Both the position numbers and the translations under genes were made by a program. DNA of 64,000 nt from Candidatus Aminicenantes bacterium (GTDB lineage: Bacteria > Acidobacteriota > Aminicenantia > Aminicenantales > JAFGBC01): positions 3,552,001 through 3,616,000 of the forward strand of contig OY969696.1 in the NCBI GenBank assembly GCA_963702005.1, given 5' to 3'. The notes below the pieces were generated by a model. That model ran no database searches and was not told where the DNA came from. It was given only the letters and a program-made list of their open reading frames with translations. Of the stretch, positions 27,996 through 38,103 are shown in pieces (the stretch's first letter is position 1; each line of letters starts with the position of its first letter).

Positions 27996-29949
27996 GAGCG
28001 CCGGGACGTTCTACGTCTCGACGCCGATCTACTACGTCAACGACGTCCCCCATATCGGTCACGCCTACACGACGATCATCGCCGACGCCCTGGCCCGCTT
28101 CCAGAAGCTCCGGGGCCGGGAGGTCTTCTTCCTGACCGGGACGGACGAGCACGGACAGAAGATCGAGAAGGCCGCGGCCGAGAAAGGGCTGACCCCGATC
28201 GAGCTCGCCGACAAGGTCGTGGGCCGGATCCTGGACCTCTGGAAGACGCTGAACATCGACTACGATTTTTTCATTAGGACGACCATGGACTTTCACGAAC
28301 GGGGCGTCCAGCAGCTCTTCCAGAGGCTCCTCGACAAAGGCGACATCTATAAGGGAACCTATAAAGGCTGGTACTGCGTCGCTGAAGAGAACTTCCTGGC
28401 CGACGACGTCCCGCTCGAGCCGGACGGGACCAAGATCTGCCCCGATTGCGGCCGCAAGGCCGGCGTCGTATCCGAGGAATCCTATTTTTTCAGGCTGTCG
28501 GCCTACCGGCAACCGCTCCTCGACACCTACGCCGCGAACCCGGCCTTCGTCCGGCCGCCCAGCCGGATGAACGAGGTCGCGAGCTTCGTCCGCCAGGGGC
28601 TCAAAGACCTTAGCATCACGCGGACGACCGTCAAGTGGGGCATCCCGGTCCCGGGCGACCCCAAGCACACGATCTACGTCTGGTTCGACGCGCTCAATAA
28701 CTACCTGACCGGCGTCGGCTACGGCTGGAAGCCCGAGCTCTGCGATAAGTTCTGGCCCGCCGACCTCCACCTCATCGGCAAGGACATCCTCCGCTTCCAC
28801 GCCATCTTCTGGCCGGCCTTCCTGATGGCAGGCGGCTTTCCCCTCCCCAAATGCGTCTTCGGCCACGGCTGGTGGCTCAAGGACGAGGCCAAAATGTCCA
28901 AGAGCAAGGGGAACGTCCTCGACCCCTACCAAATCCTGAGCGTGTTCGGTCCCGACGCCCTCCGCTATTTTCTGCTTCGCGAAGTCCCGATCGGGCTCGA
29001 CGGCAATTTCTCCCACGAGGGCTTCGTCAACCGCGTCAATTCCGACCTGGCCAACGACCTCGGGAACCTCGTCCAGCGGACCCTGACCATGATCCGGAAT
29101 TACTTCGGGGGAAAAATCGGGGAATGCGGGAGCGAGGCCGAAGAGGACGCCAAGCTCAGGGTCGAGTTCGGGGCGCTCAAGCCGCGCGTCTTAGAGCTCT
29201 ACGACGAATACGCGATCAATAAAGCGCTCGAGGAGATATGGGCGTACCTCAACGCGGTCAACAAGTACCTGGCCGATCGCGAGCCCTGGAAGATCGCCAA
29301 GGACCCGGCCCAAAAGCCCCGGCTGGCGCGGGTTTTATACCAGGCGACCGCCGCCGTCCGCGCCATTTCCTACCTGCTTTATCCGGTGATGCCCAAGACG
29401 GCGGAGAAGGTCTGGGATTTTTTGGGCGAGAAGAAGCCTCCGTCATCCGTTTGTTTCGGGGATCTCGCCTTCGAGGACTGGAAGGCCGAGCAGGAGATCA
29501 AGGAGCCGCAGCCTCTCTTCCCCCGGGTCGCTCTCAAGGACTTCCTGGGCGAGGAGCAGGCCCGGACGGAGAATGCTCCGGCACCGCCCCAAGCGGCGCC
29601 GGCTAAAAAGGAGACAACCATGGACCAGATCGGCTACGAAGAGTTCCAGAAGATGGACTTCAAGGTCGGCAAGATCGTCAAGGCCGAGCGGGTGGCGGGC
29701 GCCAACAAGCTCCTCAAGCTCGAGGTCGACCTGGGAACCGAGAAGCGGCAGATGGTGGCGGGGGTGGCCGAAACCTACGCCCCCGAGGACCTCCTCGGCA
29801 AGAGCCTCATCGTCATCGCCAACCTGAAGCCGGCCGTCATCCGCGGCGTCGAGTCCCAGGCCATGCTGCTCGCGGCCGTGTCGCCCGACGGCAAGGCCGT
29901 CATCCCCTTCTTCGACCGCGAGGTCGCCCCCGGCACCAAGGTCAAATAA
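27979..29949 (+). CDS. metG: Methionine--tRNA ligase
   Basis: PIYYVND.PHIGH, TGTDEHG, YVWFDAL, KMSKS, C-terminal tRNA-binding domain. Confidence 0.95.
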   Translation: MAKNSESAGTFYVSTPIYYVNDVPHIGHAYTTIIADALARFQKLRGREVFFLTGTDEHGQKIEKAAAEKGLTPIELADKVVGRILDLWKTLNIDYDFFIRTTMDFHERGVQQLFQRLLDKGDIYKGTYKGWYCVAEENFLADDVPLEPDGTKICPDCGRKAGVVSEESYFFRLSAYRQPLLDTYAANPAFVRPPSRMNEVASFVRQGLKDLSITRTTVKWGIPVPGDPKHTIYVWFDALNNYLTGVGYGWKPELCDKFWPADLHLIGKDILRFHAIFWPAFLMAGGFPLPKCVFGHGWWLKDEAKMSKSKGNVLDPYQILSVFGPDALRYFLLREVPIGLDGNFSHEGFVNRVNSDLANDLGNLVQRTLTMIRNYFGGKIGECGSEAEEDAKLRVEFGALKPRVLELYDEYAINKALEEIWAYLNAVNKYLADREPWKIAKDPAQKPRLARVLYQATAAVRAISYLLYPVMPKTAEKVWDFLGEKKPPSSVCFGDLAFEDWKAEQEIKEPQPLFPRVALKDFLGEEQARTENAPAPPQAAPAKKETTMDQIGYEEFQKMDFKVGKIVKAERVAGANKLLKLEVDLGTEKRQMVAGVAETYAPEDLLGKSLIVIANLKPAVIRGVESQAMLLAAVSPDGKAVIPFFDREVAPGTKVK

Positions 29950-30891
29950 CTATATTGTTCCTTTTAAGATTCGGGCCAGGAAGGCGAAGCAGGCCTGGGT
30001 GACCGGGTCGCCCGCCTTTCCGAACTCCAGGTTGATCTGAGCGTGGGTCTTGTTCGGAGCCGGGACGAGCTGCGTCATGATGTGCGCCTTGCCCAGGGCG
30101 TGAAAGTAAGCCTCGGATTGCTCCTTCCTCTGAGTGTCTTCCACCCCCCCGATGCCCCCGCTGTAGGCCACGATCTGAGGAGGAATGCCGCGGCCGGACT
30201 TGACATAGGCGATGGGCGAGGCGGAGGCCCAGCCGGCGGGATCGTCTCCGAACGTATAGGTATAGACTTCGGGCAGCTGGCCCCCGTATCCCTGGGCCAG
30301 GCGGGGAAGGTCATAGGCCTGGGTGTCGAGGTCGATGACGCCCAAAATATTCTTCAGGCTGAGTTTTTCGGCTTTGAGATAGGTCGAGTCGGTGGCGACG
30401 ATCGCCACGAGATGGCAGCCCGCCGAGTGCCCCATCAGGAAGATCTTCCGGGGATCCGCGAAATAGACCGAGCCATGGCTGTAGATCCAAGCGACGGCCT
30501 TGGCGATGTCATAGGCATGGGTGGGAAATTTGATTTTCGACGTCGTCAGCCTGTAATTGACCGAAACAAAAATGTAGCCCTTCGAGGTGAAGGCCGTCGG
30601 CTTGAGGTTGACCTGGCTTTTGTCGCCCATGGACCAGGCCCCGCCATGGATGTAGATCATAACGGGAAGCAAGTTCCTCGGGTTGGCGTCGTCGGGGGCG
30701 TAGATGTCCAGGCTGGTCAGGTTCAGCTTGACGCCGGGGATGTGCACGTAGGGAATATTCTTGGTGACTATCATGCCGAAAGCCGCTCCGGGCGCGCTTA
30801 AATAGGCAAACAAGGCCAGGGCGACGAGCGCCCCTGCCCTTAACAAAGCCCGTTTTGAATTCCGCCGTCTGAAAAGCCTCTCGAGGTTCAT
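29950..30891 (-). CDS. Secreted alpha/beta hydrolase (carboxylesterase-like)
   Basis: HGGAW oxyanion motif, GHSAG nucleophile elbow. Confidence 0.85.
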   Translation of the reverse strand: MNLERLFRRRNSKRALLRAGALVALALFAYLSAPGAAFGMIVTKNIPYVHIPGVKLNLTSLDIYAPDDANPRNLLPVMIYIHGGAWSMGDKSQVNLKPTAFTSKGYIFVSVNYRLTTSKIKFPTHAYDIAKAVAWIYSHGSVYFADPRKIFLMGHSAGCHLVAIVATDSTYLKAEKLSLKNILGVIDLDTQAYDLPRLAQGYGGQLPEVYTYTFGDDPAGWASASPIAYVKSGRGIPPQIVAYSGGIGGVEDTQRKEQSEAYFHALGKAHIMTQLVPAPNKTHAQINLEFGKAGDPVTQACFAFLARILKGTI

Positions 30892-31017
30892 GCGTTGCCT
30901 CCTTGACCGCCTGTCTGGGCCGGCCCGGCCGCTTACCCGCGACCGGCCTCCTAAATATTAGACAACGGGAATGCCCCGGACTTTGCGGATTTTCGCCGCT
31001 TCCCGATGAGCCGGAAC

Positions 31018-31662
31018 TTAGATATATTCTTCGAGGACGGAACGGGAGATCTGGCCGTCCCGCAGAATGCGGGGTTTCTCCCCGGTCAGGTCCAGTACGG
31101 TCGTCGCGAGCAGTCCCGGCGTCCGCCCGCCGTCCACGATCAGGTCTACGAGGCCGGCGAAGGCCCGCTTGACGTCCCTGGGGTCATAAAGTTCCTTTTC
31201 ACCGGAAATATTGGCGCTCGTCGCCGTGATCGGGGCCCCGAGGGCCTTGACGACCGCCCGAATCCAATCGACCTTGGGATAACGGATGCCGATGGTCCGG
31301 TCCGGACCGAGGATGTCGTCCGGGATGCCGGGAACGGCCCGAAGAATCAGGGTCAACGGCCCCGGCCAGAACCGGGATGCGATCGCTTTAAAAGCCGGGG
31401 GAGGCGGCTCGACAATGCGCCCGAACATGGCCAGGTCCGAGACTATGACCGAGACGGGTTTCCCGGGGTCGCGGCCCTTGAGCCGGAAGACGGCCTCGAC
31501 CGCGTCCTTGATGAGGGCGTGGGCGCCCAGCCCGTAAAAGGTCTCGGTCGGAAAGGCCATCAGGCCCCCTTTGCTGAGGACACCGACGATTTTCCCGACC
31601 TTGTCCGTCTCGACACGGTCGGGATCGACCTTGAGGATCGAGGTCTGCTTGTTCCTTTGCAT
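31018..31662 (-). CDS. tsaC: Threonylcarbamoyl-AMP synthase (TsaC/YrdC/Sua5 family)
   Basis: FPTETFYGL, K.R...KP, WPGPLT, TSANISG. Confidence 0.9.
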   Translation of the reverse strand: MQRNKQTSILKVDPDRVETDKVGKIVGVLSKGGLMAFPTETFYGLGAHALIKDAVEAVFRLKGRDPGKPVSVIVSDLAMFGRIVEPPPPAFKAIASRFWPGPLTLILRAVPGIPDDILGPDRTIGIRYPKVDWIRAVVKALGAPITATSANISGEKELYDPRDVKRAFAGLVDLIVDGGRTPGLLATTVLDLTGEKPRILRDGQISRSVLEEYI

Positions 31663-31789
31663 GGGTCCTGAGCCGGCGCTATCGGCCGGTATCTACAGGC
31701 ATATTAAGGGGTGGGGGATGTAAAAGTCAACCCATCGACACTTCTATGATGGCGAAACGCAAGCCCCGAGAGTCTTTTTTCTTATCTTC

Positions 31790-31930
31790 GTTCCTTATGG
31801 CTGCCTCGGTTTCTTGAACCACCCTTCTATCCGCGCCTCTAAGCGCACTGTAATATCCGGTCTCGGCTCCTAAACCTCATGGAGAACGCGACTCTCGCGA
31901 GTCCGTTAAGTGTCGTCCTAGGCAGCCGAT
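31790..31930 (-). ncRNA. Predicted bridge/seek RNA in the non-coding end downstream of the IS110 recombinase (ends approximate)
   Basis: Two stem-internal-loop units whose loop strands match the target (CGACACT, TCCATGAG) and the donor junction (ATATTAC, ATAGAAG). Confidence 0.8.
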
Positions 31931-32949
31931 CGATTCATGTCCGGGAGATACGTTCTTTTCTCGGTCAAGATGCGATAGATAATGGTCAGGAGCCGCCGCG
32001 CCACCGCGATCTTGGCCGCGTTCGGCCCCTTCCGCCTGGCCAGCCGGTTGTAGAGGACTCGAAGTCCTAGGTCTTTCTTGATCGCCGGATAGACCGCCTC
32101 CAGCGCCGCCCATCTCAGCCAGGCGCTCCCCTGTTTGGTGATCCGCCCATGATATGTCCGCTCTCCCGACGCATAGGTCGAAGGAATTACCCCGGCGTAG
32201 GAGTGAAGATGGGCCGGACTGGAAAACCGTTGGATATCCGCGATCTCCACCGCGACCAGTACCGCCAGCGTCGTGGCAAAACCCGGGATGCTGTCGATGC
32301 GGGAGGCCTCCTCGATCGTTCCATACAAGGCTTGGACCCTTCCATCCGACGCCTTGATATGAGCTTGGGTTTCTTGATGTCCCCGCAGAAGATCGTCCAA
32401 GACCATCTTGTCCGGTCCCTCCAAGGGAAGCCGGCTGAGGAACTCGATCCCGCGGCCGCTGAACAGCCCGCCCGTTCGCTTGTCCACCTCCAGCCGGATC
32501 TCTTCCTTCTGCTGAGCCAAGAGCGCCCGGATCTTGTTCTTGATTTCCGTCTGGATCCGAACCCAATAGGCCCGGGCTCTCAGCACTCTTTGCGCTTGCC
32601 GGTTCGCCTCGCCTCGTTGATAGATTTCCGGAATCAGGTCCGCCCGTAAAAGCTGGGCCAGTGTCCGGGAATCCCGCTTGTCCGTCTTGATCCGGGCATG
32701 GGCGATCGCTTTGACCTGAAGCGCATTCGCCATTTTCACCTCGCCGCCCAGTTCCCTGAGAAGATCCGCCATCACATAGGAGGACCGCCCAGCTTCGAGA
32801 ACGGCCGTGAACGGATGAAACCCCTTGAGGAAGGTCTCGACATTCCTCCTGAGGTTGAAGACGCGCCCCGTCTTCAGTTCCCGTCCGTCTTCGGCCAGAA
32901 CCGTCAGCTGAGAGGCTTGCTTGTGATGGTCGACACCGATAAAATACAT
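31918..32949 (-). CDS. IS110 family recombinase/transposase
   Basis: N-terminal DEDD RuvC-like domain (IGVD, LEA, KTDKRD); C-terminal SIPG...YAG..P...ASG catalytic Ser; AVARRL. Confidence 0.95.
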   Translation of the reverse strand: MYFIGVDHHKQASQLTVLAEDGRELKTGRVFNLRRNVETFLKGFHPFTAVLEAGRSSYVMADLLRELGGEVKMANALQVKAIAHARIKTDKRDSRTLAQLLRADLIPEIYQRGEANRQAQRVLRARAYWVRIQTEIKNKIRALLAQQKEEIRLEVDKRTGGLFSGRGIEFLSRLPLEGPDKMVLDDLLRGHQETQAHIKASDGRVQALYGTIEEASRIDSIPGFATTLAVLVAVEIADIQRFSSPAHLHSYAGVIPSTYASGERTYHGRITKQGSAWLRWAALEAVYPAIKKDLGLRVLYNRLARRKGPNAAKIAVARRLLTIIYRILTEKRTYLPDMNRSAA

Positions 32950-33310
32950 CTGCGCACCTCCTTAAAAGAATTTGAGTCGACGTGTAATCTATCACAGTAT
33001 TACCCGTCAGGGAGGTGCGTTTCGCTATCATGTTACCTCATGGAAGCCATAAGTGCTGCAAGGCTGGGCTTGTTCGGGGTTAACCCTGAGCCCACTCAGC
33101 CCCATTCCTTCAAAAAGGGCTGAGTACAAAAGTGTCGCATCTCATCCCCACCTTTTAGGGCGGGGTGGCGTCGGCGAATGGGTCAATGACCCCGGGGACA
33201 AGTGACCTGTTTCCGGGACAGCCCCCCGGCCTGCTTCCCTGGGGCCGGATATCATTAAATTGGCACGCAACTTGCAAAAAGCTATAATGAAGTCTCCAAG
33301 GAGGAACGAT

Positions 33311-34090
33311 ATGAAAAAGAGCTTCGCCATCATCGCGGCCGTCCTGATACTGGCTCCCTGCCTGGCCTTCTCCAACGCCTTCAGCCTCAGGGCGGGGTAC
33401 TTCTTCCCCCGCGCCCAGCACGGGATCGATTTTAAGGACAGCCTGTGGACGATCGAGTTCGACAACATGAACTTCAAGAAAACCAATTTCACGAACTCGA
33501 TCATGGGAATCTCCTACGAATATTTCCTCAGCCGCGAGCTGAGCCTCGTCTTCAGCGTGGATACCTACAGCAGGGTCAAAGCCGGGTACTACAAGGATTG
33601 GGTCGGCTACCAGCTGACCGAGGGCGATTTCGCCTTCCCCGCAAAGTACTATGAAGGCGATTTCAGTATCTCCCACTCGCTTTCGTTCACCCTGACGCCC
33701 ATCCAGGTGTCGATCAAAATCCTTCCTTTGGGCCGCCGGAGCAAGCTCATCCCCTACTTCGGCGGAGGCGCGGGCGCTTACATCTGGGGCGTCCGGCTTC
33801 GCGGCGACATGGTCGACTTCAGCGATGAATATATCTTTACCGACTCCAAACTGGGCGACGTCAGCGTTTACCCGATCGTGGCGACCCAAGCCGAGGAGCA
33901 GACCCGGTTCAGCTTCGGCTACCATTGGTTCGCCGGCCTCATGGTCCCGGTCGCCAACCGGCTGACCCTCGAAGCCGAGTTCAAGCAGCACCTGGTCAAT
34001 GCGGGAAAGTTCACCGACGCTTTCGAAGGGTTCGACAAGTTCGACCTGAGCGGCTTCCAGGTTACGGTCGGCCTCAACTACTGGTTCTGA
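33311..34090 (+). CDS. Outer-membrane beta-barrel protein
   Basis: Signal peptide, PYFGGGAG, terminal VGLNYWF; AGGAGG RBS. Confidence 0.75.
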   Translation: MKKSFAIIAAVLILAPCLAFSNAFSLRAGYFFPRAQHGIDFKDSLWTIEFDNMNFKKTNFTNSIMGISYEYFLSRELSLVFSVDTYSRVKAGYYKDWVGYQLTEGDFAFPAKYYEGDFSISHSLSFTLTPIQVSIKILPLGRRSKLIPYFGGGAGAYIWGVRLRGDMVDFSDEYIFTDSKLGDVSVYPIVATQAEEQTRFSFGYHWFAGLMVPVANRLTLEAEFKQHLVNAGKFTDAFEGFDKFDLSGFQVTVGLNYWF

Positions 34091-34119
34091 ACGAATCCGC
34101 TGGAATCCATCTCTCTATC

Positions 34120-34151
34120 GAGGCTTCTTTCCCGCGGGGGGAGGAAGCCTC
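34120..34151. terminator. Hairpin between convergent genes, probable terminator
   Basis: GAGGCTTCTTTCCC-gcgg-GGGGAGGAAGCCTC; no clear U tract. Confidence 0.45.
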
Positions 34152-34665
34152 AGTACTTTTCCGAGGAAATGATTTCGGAGAGGCGTTTGCGAGGGCGGGC
34201 GGCGGGGTGCTCGGCCGGATAGCCGAGCGGCATCAGTCCCAGGACGCGGACCTCGGCCGGGACGCCCAGCAGGGCTTTGACCTCTTCCTCGTAAAAGGCG
34301 CCTATCCAGCAGGTCCCCAATCCCTCGGCTTGGGCTTGGAGGACAAGATGCTCCATGGCGATCGCGACGTCGACCGGCCAGGAATTCATGGTGCGCCCCA
34401 TCCGGGTGTAGCTCTTCTCGGGCAGGCCGCAGGCCGCCACGATGACGGGCGCTTCGGCCATGAACGTCTGGTTGACGCAGGCCGCGGCGATCTTGGCCTT
34501 CAGCTCCGGATCGCGGATGAGGATGAACTTCCAGGGCTGGAAGTTCTTGGCCGAAGGCGCCAGGCGGACGGCCTCCAGGACCCGGCCCAGAACATCATCC
34601 GGGAGAGGGGTCGGCTTATACTTGCGGACGCTCCGCCGCGTCCGGATGGCTTCAAGGACTTCCAT
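34150..34665 (-). CDS. Nitroreductase family protein
   Basis: RRSVRKY, APSAKNFQPW, GLGTCWIG, LGYP. Confidence 0.9.
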   Translation of the reverse strand: MEVLEAIRTRRSVRKYKPTPLPDDVLGRVLEAVRLAPSAKNFQPWKFILIRDPELKAKIAAACVNQTFMAEAPVIVAACGLPEKSYTRMGRTMNSWPVDVAIAMEHLVLQAQAEGLGTCWIGAFYEEEVKALLGVPAEVRVLGLMPLGYPAEHPAARPRKRLSEIISSEKY

Positions 34666-34694
34666 GGCTTTTCTCCTTTCCCGCGCCGAGAGGC

Positions 34695-35588
34695 TCAGGA
34701 AGGCTTGACGATGAGCAGGGTCTGGCGGACGTCGAAGGGAACCGTGATCTTCCCCCAAACCGTGCTGACGTCGACCTCGCCCCGGAACCGGCAGGGGACG
34801 GCGCTCCCTTGGAGCAGGCCGTAGACCGGCTGGCCGACCTCAAAGAAGCTGATCAGAAACGGCAGTTCGAAGACCTTCTCGCCCCGCGGCTCGATGTTCT
34901 TGTCGCCCGGGATGTCCCCCGTCCCGACCTCGTGCGCACCGAAGCTCGCGCTGAAGCGGATCGCGTCGATAAACAGCTCGTAGCTGTTGTCGTTGCTGAA
35001 CTTGACCTGGAAGGCGACATCGGCCCCGGCCACGGTCAGGTCGTTGATCTTGAGGGGAAGGAGGGCGGCGGCCGGATCGCGGAAGATGGGGAACTCCCCC
35101 CCGAAGACGATCGGGATCTTGTCCTCCCGCCTCCGCTCGTCGGCGAAGACCATGGCGCCCGTGATGTAGCAGTTGGCCTTGTCCGCGGCCTTCAGGCCGG
35201 GAATGACCTGGAATAAGAGCCCGTAGCTGATCTTGAGCGGAAGGGACAGAAGCGTCTCCCCGGCCGCCTCGATCCGGATGGGCTTGTCGAGGGGAACGTC
35301 CAGCCGGAGGTATTCCGTCTGGTCGATGAGGACCCTGTACTCGTACCGCATCAAGTAACACGCCTGGCTGGAGGCGTTCCCGATCCTGAGCTGGAAGGCG
35401 AGCGTCAAGCCTTGAGAACTTAAGCCCCGAATCTGCTTCTCGTAATTCGAGATGGTGAGGTCCTGCTTGAGGGAGTCGGCCGAGGCCGAAAGAGCGGCCA
35501 GGCCGGACAGCGCCGCGCCGACAAGGATGATAAGGAAGGCGAGGCCGCTTCTTCCGATCCGTCTTGAAGAGTTCATCGTCATTCTCAT
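34695..35588 (-). CDS. LEA type 2 (WHy) tandem-domain protein
   Basis: N-terminal hydrophobic anchor and two beta-rich WHy-like repeats (N.N...L motif). Confidence 0.6.
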   Translation of the reverse strand: MRMTMNSSRRIGRSGLAFLIILVGAALSGLAALSASADSLKQDLTISNYEKQIRGLSSQGLTLAFQLRIGNASSQACYLMRYEYRVLIDQTEYLRLDVPLDKPIRIEAAGETLLSLPLKISYGLLFQVIPGLKAADKANCYITGAMVFADERRREDKIPIVFGGEFPIFRDPAAALLPLKINDLTVAGADVAFQVKFSNDNSYELFIDAIRFSASFGAHEVGTGDIPGDKNIEPRGEKVFELPFLISFFEVGQPVYGLLQGSAVPCRFRGEVDVSTVWGKITVPFDVRQTLLIVKPS

Positions 35589-35809
35589 GGGTCCCTAAAG
35601 ATACTCCAATTCCGATCTCAAGTAAATGCGCAGGCTCAACCGACGAGGCTTCTAGTACTCAGGGCTTCGCTGAGTATGGGGCTCGAAGGACGCGGCGGCC
35701 CAGACAAGGCCCTGTGAGGGTACGCTCGACGCCTCGACATGAGAATACCCGCGTTTCTCCGGTTGTATCTGATAGAGAAACCGGATAAGTTAAGAGAGGA
35801 AAGAAAAAA

Positions 35810-36820
35810 ATGACGATGCCGGCGCGAATTTCAGAGCAGATCTTAGTCCTGTTCGGCGCCCTCCTGTGCGCGGCGCCCTCCGTCCCCTCGACTGCTCCGG
35901 ACGGAATCAGCGGCTACCGCGTTCGGTTCGGCATTCTCAAGCCTGCCGCAGGGGGCCGAGAGATGATCATCCTGCGGCAGTTCGGCCGGGACGGCAGCTC
36001 TTTTTTCCTGGGTGTCGACCCGGACAGCCTGGCCACCGAGATCGTTCCCGCCGAGGCGGGCGAGCTCGACGAAGAAGCGCTGAATACGATTCGGGAGACC
36101 ATGGCTTCGGCCCCCTACATTCGGGCTCTGAACGAAGCCGAAGCCCATTCTCAGGCCCTTCAGGACGCGGGCATTACCCACCTTCTGCCGGCCGAGCGGG
36201 GCGTCAGCCTGACGATCGATCTCTGTCCTTCGCGAAAGCCTCTGGACCGGGCTCTGTTTCGTGACATCGCCGCCGCCCTGGCCGGGATCGAAAAACCCGC
36301 GCCGCTGGCGATCTCCGTCTCGGGCGTCTGGATGGAAGACCATCCCGACGACCTGCGCTGGCTCCTCGGCCTGATCCAAGCGGGGGACATCTCCGTGGAC
36401 TGGATCAATCATACTTATCATCACCGCTACGACCCCAAGCGCCCCCTGCGGGACAACTTCCTTCTGGAAAAAGGCACCGACCTCGAAGCGGAAATCCTGC
36501 TGACCGAAAAAAAGATGATCGAAAACAGGCTTGTTCCGTCCGCCTTTTTCCGTTTTCCCGGCCTCGTCTCAGACACGACGCTGTTCAAACGCGTCACGGC
36601 CTTCGGCCTGATCCCGGTCGGAAGCGACGCCTGGCTTGCCAAAGGACAGGCCGCCAGGCCCGGCAGCATCGTGCTTATCCACGGCAACGGCAACGAACCG
36701 CTGGGCGTCAAGGAGTTCCTCGACCTCCTGGCCCGGGAAAAGACGGACATCAAGAAAAGCAACTGGCTTCTGTTCGACCTGCGAGACGGCGTCGCCCGGG
36801 AAGAAAAGATCAAACGATGA
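35810..36820 (+). CDS. Polysaccharide deacetylase-like secreted protein
   Basis: LTIDLCPS, WINHTY.H, FFRFPGL, IVLIHGNGNEP. Confidence 0.7.
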   Translation: MTMPARISEQILVLFGALLCAAPSVPSTAPDGISGYRVRFGILKPAAGGREMIILRQFGRDGSSFFLGVDPDSLATEIVPAEAGELDEEALNTIRETMASAPYIRALNEAEAHSQALQDAGITHLLPAERGVSLTIDLCPSRKPLDRALFRDIAAALAGIEKPAPLAISVSGVWMEDHPDDLRWLLGLIQAGDISVDWINHTYHHRYDPKRPLRDNFLLEKGTDLEAEILLTEKKMIENRLVPSAFFRFPGLVSDTTLFKRVTAFGLIPVGSDAWLAKGQAARPGSIVLIHGNGNEPLGVKEFLDLLAREKTDIKKSNWLLFDLRDGVAREEKIKR

Positions 36821-36890
36821 CGTCGGATACCACGCGCCGTAATTCGGAAAATAGATGTCTGGCACCATTTTTTAATCTATAATGTGTGGC

Positions 36891-38093
36891 ATGAACGCTA
36901 AAATCCGAATCCTCCCCGTCCTCATTCTATTCTCGGCGGCGGCCTGCGCGCTCCTCGCCCCGGCCTGCCGCCCCGCGGAGAAGCCGGCCGCGCCGGCGGA
37001 CGAAGCCGTCTATCGTCAAAAACCCGGCGCGCCCGACGAGACGATTTTATCCATGGACTTCGCCCGGATCTCGAAGCCCGGCGGCCTCGAAGAGTTCAAG
37101 CCCCTCTACCACACCCCGCCCGTCCAGCAGGGCAACACCTCAACCTGCTGGTCATTCGCCACGACCTCGCTCTTCGAGACCGAGCTCAAGCGCCTCTACG
37201 GGCTCGAGGTCAAGCTGTCCGAGATGCACACGGCATACTGGGAGTTCGTCGAGAAGGCGCGCCGCTTCATCCGCGAAAAAGGAAACTCGGCCCTCAGGGA
37301 AGGCTCCGAGCCCAACGCCGTCATCCTGCGGATGAAACAGTACGGCGCGGTACGCGAGTCCGATTATACAGGGCTCGTGGGCGGCGCAACCGCCTACGAC
37401 CACGACAGCCTCCACAAGGAACTCTGGGCTTGTCTTGAAGGATTCAAGGCCAGGAACGACTGGGACGAGGCCAAAGCCCTGGCCTCGGTCCGCGTCATCC
37501 TGGATAAGCACATGGGGCCTCCGCCCGAGACGATCGAGTTCGACGGCCGCCGCCTGACTCCCAAGGAATACCTTGATCAGGTCCTTAAGCTCCCCCTCGA
37601 CGATTACGTCGCCTTCACAAGCTTCAAATACACCCCCTTCTACAAGAAGGGCGAATATCGAGTCCCCGACAACTGGTGGCACAGCCAGGATTACTATAAC
37701 GTTCCGCTCGGCGAATTCTACGGCGCCCTGACCGGCGCCCTGGCCAAGGGCTTCACGGTCGCCCTGGCCGGCGACATCTCCGAGGCCGGCAACTACGGCC
37801 CCGAGGACATCGCCGTCATCCCGAGCTTCGACATCCCGCGGGAATTCATCAACCAGGACGCGCGCGAGTTCCGGTTCGCGAACAAGACCTCGACCGACGA
37901 CCACGTCCTCCATCTCATCGGGATATCCAAGCGGCCCGATGGCGACTGGTTCCTCCTCAAGGATTCCTGGCAGACGGCTTGGCAGGGCCGGTTCAAAGGC
38001 TATTTTTTCTACAGAGACGACTACGTGAAGCTCAAGATGCTGACCTTCCTCGTCCATAAGGACGCCGTCGCCGACCTCCTCGCCAAGTTCTAA
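36891..38093 (+). CDS. C1 family cysteine aminopeptidase, lipoprotein
   Basis: QGNTSTCWSF (catalytic Cys), TDDH (His), KDSW; lipobox-like LAPAC. Confidence 0.85.
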   Translation: MNAKIRILPVLILFSAAACALLAPACRPAEKPAAPADEAVYRQKPGAPDETILSMDFARISKPGGLEEFKPLYHTPPVQQGNTSTCWSFATTSLFETELKRLYGLEVKLSEMHTAYWEFVEKARRFIREKGNSALREGSEPNAVILRMKQYGAVRESDYTGLVGGATAYDHDSLHKELWACLEGFKARNDWDEAKALASVRVILDKHMGPPPETIEFDGRRLTPKEYLDQVLKLPLDDYVAFTSFKYTPFYKKGEYRVPDNWWHSQDYYNVPLGEFYGALTGALAKGFTVALAGDISEAGNYGPEDIAVIPSFDIPREFINQDAREFRFANKTSTDDHVLHLIGISKRPDGDWFLLKDSWQTAWQGRFKGYFFYRDDYVKLKMLTFLVHKDAVADLLAKF

Positions 38094-38103
38094 GGAGACG
38101 TTC

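Larger units (their letters stand above)
31741..33038 (-). mobile_element. Complete IS110-family element (IS1111-type)
   Basis: Duplicated CT core (31741-31742, 33037-33038); subterminal inverted repeats ATGATGGCGAAACGCA (31746-31761) and TGCGTTTCGCTATCAT (33016-33031), 15/16 match; flanks rejoin into the sequence seen at 21041-21087. Confidence 0.92.

Noticed and set aside
31874-33044. ACCTCATGGA direct repeat as the IS110 boundary or target duplication
   Set aside because: The inner copy is better explained as the bridge-RNA target guide; true ends are fixed by the inverted repeats, the CT core and the empty site.
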